Part shown: positions 38,027 through 45,560 of the stretch, piece after piece
Position numbering within the stretch: the stretch's first letter is position 1
Layout of the letters: each line of letters begins with the position of its first letter
Assembly (NCBI GenBank): GCA_040386535.1
Contig: JAZKFH010000013.1
Span: 352,928 to 416,927, forward strand
Direction of reading: 5' to 3'
Origin: Myxococcota bacterium
GTDB lineage: Bacteria; Myxococcota_A; UBA796; SXON01
DNA length: 64,000 nt
Notes under the pieces: generated by a model
The model's database searches: none
Told to the model about the DNA's origin: nothing
The model's input: the letters and a program-made list of their open reading frames with translations, nothing else
Made by a program: the position numbers and the translations under genes

Positions 38027-39964
38027 CTACGAATCCCCGGGAGCGTCCAGCACGCGCCGGATGGCCGCGAGCAACTCGATCGACCGGAAGGGCTTCCGCA
38101 TGAGCGCGTGGATCTGGCCGGAGGAGGCGTGCCTCGCCAGCCGATCGTCGGGGTGCCCGGACATGAACAGCACCCGCGTCTCCGGGTGGGATTCGCGCAC
38201 CCGGGCGGCGAGCTCGGTGCCGGACATGCCGGGCATCACGACGTCCGTGAGGAGCAGATCCACGCGGTTGCGCATCTGGCGCACGAGCTCCAGCGCGGGC
38301 TCCGCGCCCGGGGCCGCGAGCGGCACGTAGCCGTTCTCGGCGAGCACCTGGGTGGTCAGATCGAGCAGCGTGAGCTCGTCCTCGACCACGAGGATCCGCT
38401 CACCCCGGCCCAGGGCCACCTGCCCGGGGGGCGCGGAAGGTTCGAGGGAGAGGGGCAGCTTCGCCGCGGGGAGCAGGATGAGGAACGTGGTCCCGACACC
38501 GAGCTCGGTCCGGAGCTGCACGGCGCCGCCGCCGCTGGTCACGACGTGTTGCACGATCGAGAGTCCGAGCCCCGTGCCGCGGCCGTCCTCCTTGGTGGTG
38601 AAGAAGGGGACGAACACCTGCGCGACGAGGTCGTCCGGGATCCCCGTGCCGGTGTCCTCCACCTCGAGGGTGACGTAGTCCCCCGCGGGCAAGCCGAATT
38701 CCGGGGTCGCGAGCACCCTGTGGCCGGTGCGGTAGATCAGGCGACCGCCGAGCGGCATCGCGTCCCGCGCGTTCACCGCGAGGTTGAGCAGCACCTGCTC
38801 GAGCTGGGCGCGGCCGATGCGGATCGCGTCGAGCGGCTGGGCGAACTCGGTGACGAAGCTGATGTCCTCGCTGGTCACCCGTTGGAGCAGGTGGCGGTTC
38901 TCCGCGATGAGGGCGTTCAGATCGAGGAGCTCGGGCGCCACGGCGTCGTGACGCCCGAACGACATCAGGCGCCGGGAGAGGGCGGCGGCGCGCATGGCCG
39001 CGCTGTGGATCTGCTCGGTGTACTCACGGGTGCGCGGGTCGGTGGAGCGCATCCGCGCGAGCTCGGCCACGTTCAGGATGACGGCGAGCATGTTGTTGAA
39101 GTCGTGGACGACCCCGCCGGCGACACGCCCCACCGCTTCGGTGCGTTGCGACTGGCGGAGGTGCTCGGTGAGGAGCAGCCGCTCCTCCTCGTTGCGCCGC
39201 GCCGGCGTCAGGTCGACGAACTGCCCCACCCAGTAGTGCGGCGCGCCCGAGTCGTGGCGCACCACGTGCGCCTTGCAGCGCAGGAACATCGACGTGCCGT
39301 CCTTCGTGAGGATCCGCCGCACCACGTCACGCTCGCCCACCTCGCCGCGGCGCTCGCGCTCGTCGTTCGCGCGGCTCGCGTCACGGTCGACGGGGTCGAC
39401 CAGGTCGAGCCAATCCGTCTCGAGCAGCTCTTCCGGCGTGTAGCCGACGAGCTCGCACAACGCGCGGTTCACACGGATGAACCGGCCCTCCGGGAGGTTG
39501 ACCGCCATGGGGAAGGGGGCTTCCTGGAACAGCTCGGAGAACTCGGCCTCGCGCTCGGCCAGCGCCGACTCGGCGTGCTTGCGGTGCGTCACGTCCTGGA
39601 TCACGGCGAGCACCCAGTGCGCGCCGTCCGGCCCCCGCCAGCTGTTGGCGGTGACGTGACCCCAGACGATCGTGCCGTCGGGTTGCACGTAGCGCTTCTC
39701 CCAGTCGACCGCGCCGCCCGCGTTCACCGTGCGGGCGCGCGCGTGGCTCTCCTCGAGGTCATCGGGGTGGGTCACGTCGTAGATCGTGAGCCCGACGAGC
39801 TCGGCGGGCGAGCGCGCGAGGAGGCGGCTCATGGCGAGGTTGGCGAGGCGGATGCGCCGCCCGATGTCCAGGATTGCCATCGCCGTGGGAGAGCTCTCGA
39901 AGAGCGCGCGGAATCCCGCATCCGTCACGGGGGGCGCGGCGATTCCTTCAGCGTGTTCAGGCAC
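38027..39964 (-). CDS. Hybrid sensor histidine kinase (2 x PAS, HisKA, HATPase, receiver)
   Basis: AGGVVHDFNNML, NLAVNARDAM, DTGTGI, PFFTTK, GTGLGLS, ILVVEDE, TDVVMPGMSG, KPF. Start uncertain (39964 or 39928). Confidence 0.93.
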   Translation of the reverse strand: MPEHAEGIAAPPVTDAGFRALFESSPTAMAILDIGRRIRLANLAMSRLLARSPAELVGLTIYDVTHPDDLEESHARARTVNAGGAVDWEKRYVQPDGTIVWGHVTANSWRGPDGAHWVLAVIQDVTHRKHAESALAEREAEFSELFQEAPFPMAVNLPEGRFIRVNRALCELVGYTPEELLETDWLDLVDPVDRDASRANDERERRGEVGERDVVRRILTKDGTSMFLRCKAHVVRHDSGAPHYWVGQFVDLTPARRNEEERLLLTEHLRQSQRTEAVGRVAGGVVHDFNNMLAVILNVAELARMRSTDPRTREYTEQIHSAAMRAAALSRRLMSFGRHDAVAPELLDLNALIAENRHLLQRVTSEDISFVTEFAQPLDAIRIGRAQLEQVLLNLAVNARDAMPLGGRLIYRTGHRVLATPEFGLPAGDYVTLEVEDTGTGIPDDLVAQVFVPFFTTKEDGRGTGLGLSIVQHVVTSGGGAVQLRTELGVGTTFLILLPAAKLPLSLEPSAPPGQVALGRGERILVVEDELTLLDLTTQVLAENGYVPLAAPGAEPALELVRQMRNRVDLLLTDVVMPGMSGTELAARVRESHPETRVLFMSGHPDDRLARHASSGQIHALMRKPFRSIELLAAIRRVLDAPGDS

Positions 39965-40088
39965 TGCGGCTTCGTACCAGATGTCGCGGCCCTGGACAAC
40001 ATCAGCGTTCGTTCGCCGCGCGGAGAGCGGGTGAAGGCACGCCGGAAGACGACGCGCCATCGTGAACCCCGCGGAGCGCGGCGCCGGT

Positions 40089-41252
40089 TCAGACGGCGGC
40101 GCACACCACGAATTTGAGGAACCGCCCCTCGGGGAAGTGGAGCGCGGCCGGGAAGTCCAGCGGCTGGGAGCCGTCGTGCAGCATGCGGAGGGGGCGGTCG
40201 GCCTTGCGCGCGCCGTTCACCAGCATGCCCTGGAACCGATGGGGGCTCACGGAGCCGAGGTTCGACGCGGCGATGAGCCAGCCGCCCGGGGGGAGCACCC
40301 GCAGGGCTGCCGAGACCAGGCGTGCGTAGTCCTGCTCGCCGGACCACGTGCCGTCCTTCGAGTGGGAGTGGCCGGGCGGATCGAGCAGCACGCGATCGAA
40401 GCGCCGGCCCTGGCGCCGGAACCGGTCCAGCGCCTTGAAGGAGTCCTCGGCGAGCAGCTCGCCCGGGGGCAGGCCGTTGGCGGCGAAGTTCGCCGCCGCG
40501 CGGTCGAGGTAGGGCTGCGAGAGGTCGACGGTGACGGTCTCCGCGCCGTGTTTCGCCGCGGAGACCGAGAAGGCGCCGGTGTGTGCGAAGAGGTTCAGCA
40601 GGGAGCGCCCGCGCCAGTGGGGCTCGAGCCACGCGCGGTTGTCGCGCATGTCGGGAAACAGGCCCACGTCCTTGCCCGCGCCGGGCCGCACGAGGAACGC
40701 GACGCCCCGCTCGGACACGGGCTCCTCGGCCTCGGGCGTGCCGCGCAGCACCCGCGGGGGCGGGGTGGGGCGGTCCTTCTCCCGCGGGTCCGGGCGCCAC
40801 GCGAGGAGGATCGCGCGCGGCGAGAGGAGCGCCTCGACGGCGTCCGCGAGGGCGTCGAGCAGGGGAGAGAGCGCCGCCGCGTCGAGCGTGATCACCACCT
40901 GGGTGCCCCACACGTCGATGCGGATGCCGGGCAGGTCGTCGTTCTCGGCGTTCACGAGCCGCCACGCGGTCGTGTCCGGCGGGAGCGCGCCGTGGCGGAG
41001 CGCGAAGGCGGCGTCCACCCGCGCGCGGATCAGCGCGGCGTCGAGCGGGCCTTCATCGTCGCGGAACCGGCGGGCGGCGATCCACCCGTCGTCCGCGAGG
41101 GCGGTGCCGAGCACCACGCCGGCCGCGGTCACGAGGCGCACGACCTCTCCGGGCTTCGCGCGCCCCGTCGTCACTTCATTGGGGTAGACCCAGGGAAATC
41201 CCTGTCGCAACCACTTCTCGCTGTACCCGTTGACCGTCAGCGTGTTCGCCAC
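40089..41252 (-). CDS. rlmI: Class I SAM-dependent rRNA methyltransferase, RlmI-like
   Basis: PUA-like GFPWVY, RLVNAENDDLPG, GLFPDMRDNR, LNLFAHTGAFS, LDPP, LKF. Alternative ATG start at 41288. Confidence 0.88.
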   Translation of the reverse strand: MANTLTVNGYSEKWLRQGFPWVYPNEVTTGRAKPGEVVRLVTAAGVVLGTALADDGWIAARRFRDDEGPLDAALIRARVDAAFALRHGALPPDTTAWRLVNAENDDLPGIRIDVWGTQVVITLDAAALSPLLDALADAVEALLSPRAILLAWRPDPREKDRPTPPPRVLRGTPEAEEPVSERGVAFLVRPGAGKDVGLFPDMRDNRAWLEPHWRGRSLLNLFAHTGAFSVSAAKHGAETVTVDLSQPYLDRAAANFAANGLPPGELLAEDSFKALDRFRRQGRRFDRVLLDPPGHSHSKDGTWSGEQDYARLVSAALRVLPPGGWLIAASNLGSVSPHRFQGMLVNGARKADRPLRMLHDGSQPLDFPAALHFPEGRFLKFVVCAAV

Positions 41253-41268
41253 GCGATAGGCTCCGGGG

Positions 41269-42600
41269 ATGGAACGCCCGTTGTTCATGCCGGGTCACCT
41301 CGCGCTACAGGCTGAATTCTACCAATTCGTACTGGCGGCCGTTTACCACGCCGACGGCCTGTGGGGCGACGCGACCTTTGACCTCTACGCACGGGGCCTC
41401 CCCGACGGGCACGGGTACCTGGTCGCCGCGGGGCTCGGCCCGCTGCTCGATCACCTCGCCGCCCTGGCCTTCACCGACGAGGAGGTCGAGCTCCTCCGCC
41501 AGGAGCCGCGCTTCTCGAAGGTGGCCCCCTCCTTCTTCGACGCGCTGCGGCGGTTCCGCTTCCGCGGCGAGGTCTGGGCTGTCCCCGAGGGCACGGTGGT
41601 GTACCCAGGCGAGCCGATCGTGCGCGTCACGGCGCCGCTGCTCGCGTGCACCCTGCTCGAGACACGCGCGATCCAGATCGTCAGCGCCGCGACCGCCATC
41701 GCCACCCGGGCCGCGCGCATGGTGGACGTAGCGGGGGGGCACGCCGTCCTCGACTTCGGGAGCCGCCGGTGCCCGGGGCCCGAGGCCGCACTGCTCTCGG
41801 CGCGCGCCGCCTACATCGGCGGGGTGTCCGCCACGACCAACGCCCTGGCCGCCCTGCACCTCGGCATCCCGCCGATGGGCACGATGGCGGACACCTTCCT
41901 GGCCGCCTACGGGGACGATCGGCTCGCCTTCGAGGCCTTCCGGCTCCACTTCCCGGGGCTCTCCCACCTGTCCCTTCCGGACGATGATCCGGTCGACGGC
42001 GTGAAGCGGTTCCTGCCCTTCAAGAAGGAGGTGCAGACCGTCCGGATCGACCACGAGGACCTCGACCGCATGTCCCGGTTGGTCCGCGCCGCGCTCGACC
42101 GCAACGGCATGCAGCACGTGCGGATCCTGGGCTCCGGCCACCTCGACGAGGTCCGGATCCGCCGCCTGGTGGACGCCGGCGCGCCCATCCAGCTCTTCGC
42201 CGTGGGCCGCGCCCTCGCCACCGCCGCCGACCAGGGGACACGGGTCGCGTTCCGCATCGCCGAGATGATGCGCGGCCCGCACGCCACGCCGGTCGCCCGC
42301 GCGGGCAGCTCGCCTTACCCCGGCCGCAAGCAGATCTGCCGTCACGCCGACCGCGACGTGTTGTGCCTGGAGCACGAGGCCTGGGGGCAGGCGCAGATGG
42401 GCGCCGTGCCCTTGCTGCGCGCGGTAGTGCGGGACGGCGAGCGCATCGACGCCGATCCGCCGCTCGCGCAGGTGCGGCAGCACCGCGCCGCCCAGGTGGC
42501 CGCGTTGCCCCGCGCGGTGCGCGACATCGAGCGCCCGGCGGTGTGGCCGGTCACGATCTCGGACTCGCTGGCCAGCTTGTCGTTGGCCGCGGGCGGCTGA
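41269..42600 (+). CDS. pncB: Nicotinate phosphoribosyltransferase-like protein with substituted active-site motifs
   Basis: ATFDLYAR, AGL, PEGTVVYPGEP, LLET, DFGSRR, ARAAYIGG, ATTN, PGRKQ are collinear with NAPRTase. The motif is GTMAD instead of GTxAH. Confidence 0.8.
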   Translation: MERPLFMPGHLALQAEFYQFVLAAVYHADGLWGDATFDLYARGLPDGHGYLVAAGLGPLLDHLAALAFTDEEVELLRQEPRFSKVAPSFFDALRRFRFRGEVWAVPEGTVVYPGEPIVRVTAPLLACTLLETRAIQIVSAATAIATRAARMVDVAGGHAVLDFGSRRCPGPEAALLSARAAYIGGVSATTNALAALHLGIPPMGTMADTFLAAYGDDRLAFEAFRLHFPGLSHLSLPDDDPVDGVKRFLPFKKEVQTVRIDHEDLDRMSRLVRAALDRNGMQHVRILGSGHLDEVRIRRLVDAGAPIQLFAVGRALATAADQGTRVAFRIAEMMRGPHATPVARAGSSPYPGRKQICRHADRDVLCLEHEAWGQAQMGAVPLLRAVVRDGERIDADPPLAQVRQHRAAQVAALPRAVRDIERPAVWPVTISDSLASLSLAAGG

Positions 42601-42615
42601 GCGCGGGGTTCGGGA

Positions 42616-42826
42616 CGCGGGATGGGCGGCGCGGGGTGGCCGCCGGGGGCGCGGCCACGACCCATGCCTCGGAGACGTGCGGCAGGCGACCGGAGAGCGG
42701 GCGGCCCTGCCGCCCGGCACGGCGCTTCCGGCCGCCGTCAGGCGGGCGGAAGCGCCAGCCGAGCGCGAAGCGCGAGCTCGGAGGGGGCCGACGGCGGGCT
42801 CGGCCGCCGGGCCGCCCATTCCCACG
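42616..42826. other. Highly structured intergenic element (outer stem enclosing five hairpins); REP/MITE-like or ncRNA
   Basis: 42622-30 pairs with 42811-19. Internal hairpins at 42636-58, 42698-716, 42721-56, 42759-81 and 42786-805. Confidence 0.5.
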
Positions 42827-42845
42827 GGACACACACCGAACGCTG

Positions 42846-44393
42846 CTAGAAGGCCGGTTCCCGCAGCGCGATCACCATCGTTCCGAGCAGGATCAGGCTC
42901 CCCGTCTGTGCCGACGTGGGCTCGGCGAGGCGCGTGACGCGCTGCTCCCGGTCGACCAGGAAGGTGGCGCAGGTCTCGTGGAGGGGGATGACGCTGATCG
43001 TCAGGTTGGTGGCCTGGAGCGCGGCGTGGTGCCGCCCGGTCAGCACCTTGTCGAGCGTGAAGCCCCGCTCCCGCGCGCGGGTGGCGCGGGGGCCCGAGAG
43101 CCAGCGGATGTTGTCCTGCGAGTTGCGGTCGGGCAGGAGCAGGCCAGGATGGTTGGGCTCCCGCCCGAACTCCACCTGTTGGCCGTTGCCGACGCCGAGG
43201 CGCACCTGCGAGTCGCCCACGAGCGCGCCGAGGTAGCCCTCCTGGCCGCCCAGCGCGACGAAGCGCAGGGTGCCCGCGGGGGTCTGGATGGACATGCCGG
43301 GCTGGAGCGGTGTCGGCACCGACGAGGGCGCGGACTGGGCGCCGATGGTGACGCCGGGGGCGAGCGCCAGCGCGGTCACGCCGGCGGACGACACGTCCAC
43401 CCGGATGAGGGCGCGCTCGCTGCGGTTGAGCCACCGCCCGTCCGGCGCGAGGTCGTAGCTATAGCCGGCGACCACGTCGGACAGCGGCACGGCGGGGAGG
43501 GCGAGGCCGGCGACCACCAGGTCGAGCACCGAGGCGGACCCCGTGTCGAGGATGATCGTGTCCGACCCGACCGAGCGCGACGACGCCTGGATCTGCTGGT
43601 GGATGGCGCCCCGCACGGCGCCCGGCGTGCCGATCACGAGGCCCCGCCCGTTCCGCACCCACTCGTGCCGATCGTTCGGCGAGACGTTGTAGGTGGAGAG
43701 CCAGAGGCGGGTCGGCTCGAGGAGGGGAAGGCGATCGACCGCCTCGGCGAGGCCGGTGCTGCCGGGGCGGAACCCCTCGAGCACGAGCTGGCTGTTGGGC
43801 AGGAGGACGGGCACCGGATCGCCCGCGCGCCAGATCACCAGGGTGCGGGCCCGCGCGGAGGCGGCGAGCGCCTCGGGGAGCCACGCCTGGTTCAGCGGGA
43901 CGGCGCGGAACACGTCGGTCTCCCAGGGGATGCCCTTGAGCGTGAGGCTGCCGGCGGACTCCCAGGGGATCTCGGCCTGGTTCAGGCAGTGCCACGTGCC
44001 GGCGGAGAACCACACCTCGCCCGTCGGTGTGCGCGCGATGATGCGCGCCGCGAGGTTGACCGGCTCGCCGAAGGCGTCGTTCTCGATCTCCTCCACATCC
44101 CCCGTCGCGATGCCGGCGCGGAACGACACGTCCGAGCCGCGGCTCGCGTCATGCGCTTCGACCAGGTCCATGCAGGCGCGCGCGGCGTCCGTGGCGCTCT
44201 CGAAGAGGGCCATGAAGCTGTCGCCGATGTTCTTGACGATGCGGCCGCCGCGCCCGGTGAGCACGGGCTCGACGAAGCGCTGGTGCATCGCGAGCAGGTT
44301 CCGTAGCCCCTCGCGGTCGCTCTCCGACGTGCGCCGCGTGTAGTCGGCCATGTCGGTGAAGACCACGGTGCGGGTGCGGGTGCGGATCTGCAC
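42846..44393 (-). CDS. Class III adenylate/guanylate cyclase with C-terminal FHA-like domains
   Basis: VFTDMADYT, VKNIGDSFMA, RAGIATGDV, DAFGEPVNLAARI, LKG. GGAGG RBS before GTG 44393. C-terminal EFGRE...TGRHHA. Confidence 0.88.
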   Translation of the reverse strand: MQIRTRTRTVVFTDMADYTRRTSESDREGLRNLLAMHQRFVEPVLTGRGGRIVKNIGDSFMALFESATDAARACMDLVEAHDASRGSDVSFRAGIATGDVEEIENDAFGEPVNLAARIIARTPTGEVWFSAGTWHCLNQAEIPWESAGSLTLKGIPWETDVFRAVPLNQAWLPEALAASARARTLVIWRAGDPVPVLLPNSQLVLEGFRPGSTGLAEAVDRLPLLEPTRLWLSTYNVSPNDRHEWVRNGRGLVIGTPGAVRGAIHQQIQASSRSVGSDTIILDTGSASVLDLVVAGLALPAVPLSDVVAGYSYDLAPDGRWLNRSERALIRVDVSSAGVTALALAPGVTIGAQSAPSSVPTPLQPGMSIQTPAGTLRFVALGGQEGYLGALVGDSQVRLGVGNGQQVEFGREPNHPGLLLPDRNSQDNIRWLSGPRATRARERGFTLDKVLTGRHHAALQATNLTISVIPLHETCATFLVDREQRVTRLAEPTSAQTGSLILLGTMVIALREPAF

Positions 44394-44625
44394 GCGAGGC
44401 CTCCTCGGCCGCGCGAGTCTATCCGGAGCGACGGGGCCGTGTCGACCGGTCGCACCGTGACGTTTCGCGACTGACAACCTGTCACGGGTGTTGGGCGCTC
44501 CCGCGCGGAGGAGCGACAACCTGTCTGGAACCGGGCGTGTAAAGGCCGGTCGTGGGGCCTTTCCGGCGGGCACGGAGCTTGCTAAGGCTTTGACCCTTCC
44601 ATGCACCCAGGGCGAGAACATCCAC

Positions 44626-45558
44626 GTGCCTGAACCGTCCGCCGCATCCACCCGCCGCCGCCTCTTCCTCGTCCTCGGGGTGGTGGGGCTCTTCGGCTTC
44701 GGCGGGGGGGCACTCGTCAACCAGGCGGTCGGGCGCATGCTCGCCCTGCCCGAGGACGCTGACGTGCCCGAGTACGTCGACGCCGCCGAGCCCGTCGAGG
44801 GCGAAGCCCCCGCGCCCGACAACGGCCTGGCGCGTGGCGCGCCGAAGCGGCCGCGGGCGCTCTCGCAGAAGCAGTACGCAGACATCATCGTGCGTCGCAA
44901 CATCTTCGACTCCACGGCGGTGTACGACCCGAGCGCGGCGAAGGAGGGCGGGGTGGCCGGGGAGTGCAAGTCCGACGCGAACGTGCGTCTGCTCGCCACC
45001 GTGGTCGCCGACCCCCCGACCTATTCTTCCGCGCTCATCGCCATCGGCGGCGCGCGGGACGCGAAGTCGGACGGCTACTCCATCGGGGACGACGTGGGCG
45101 GCGAGGGCCGCATCACCCTCATCGAGCAGAAAAAGGTGTGCCTCGACGGCGGCACCTGCATCTGCATCGGCGGGGAGGCCGCGAAGCTCGTCGCGGCCGA
45201 CGGGAAGCCCGCCGAGGCCGGCATCTCGAAGGACGGAGAGACCACCGTGGTCGAGCAGTCCGTCATCGACGACGCGATGGGCAACTTCGAGCAGCTCGCC
45301 ACCCAGGTGCGCGTGGTGCCCCACAAGGGCGCCGACGGCGCGATCGACGGGTATCGCCTCTCCGCGATCCGCAAGGGCAGCCTGTTCGAGAAGCTCGGCA
45401 TCAAGAACGGCGACATCGTCCACGGCGTGAACGGGCAGGCCCTCACGAGCACCGAGGGCGCCCTCCAGGTCTACCAGACTCTCCGCAGCGAGAAGAGCTT
45501 CACCTTCGACATCACCCGCCGGAACCAGCGCCAGTCGCTGGGCTTCGAGGTGCGGTGA
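44626..45558 (+). CDS. gspC: Type II secretion system protein C (TM + HR + PDZ)
   Basis: TM anchor, RRNIFDS, RVVPH...GYRLSAIRKGSLFEKLGIKNGD PDZ domain; first gene of the gsp operon. Confidence 0.88.
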   Translation: MPEPSAASTRRRLFLVLGVVGLFGFGGGALVNQAVGRMLALPEDADVPEYVDAAEPVEGEAPAPDNGLARGAPKRPRALSQKQYADIIVRRNIFDSTAVYDPSAAKEGGVAGECKSDANVRLLATVVADPPTYSSALIAIGGARDAKSDGYSIGDDVGGEGRITLIEQKKVCLDGGTCICIGGEAAKLVAADGKPAEAGISKDGETTVVEQSVIDDAMGNFEQLATQVRVVPHKGADGAIDGYRLSAIRKGSLFEKLGIKNGDIVHGVNGQALTSTEGALQVYQTLRSEKSFTFDITRRNQRQSLGFEVR

Positions 45559-45560
45559 CC

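Noticed and set aside
41269..44393. Pycsar/CBASS-like or NAD-related anti-phage defence module
   Set aside because: The cyclase has ordinary purine-specifying residues, the two genes are convergent rather than operonic, and no TIR/TM effector or defence-island context is visible.
44964..45560. Apparent 200-aa N-terminal extension of GspD
   Set aside because: It is an off-frame overlap with gspC. The signal-peptide-bearing start is at about 45561.
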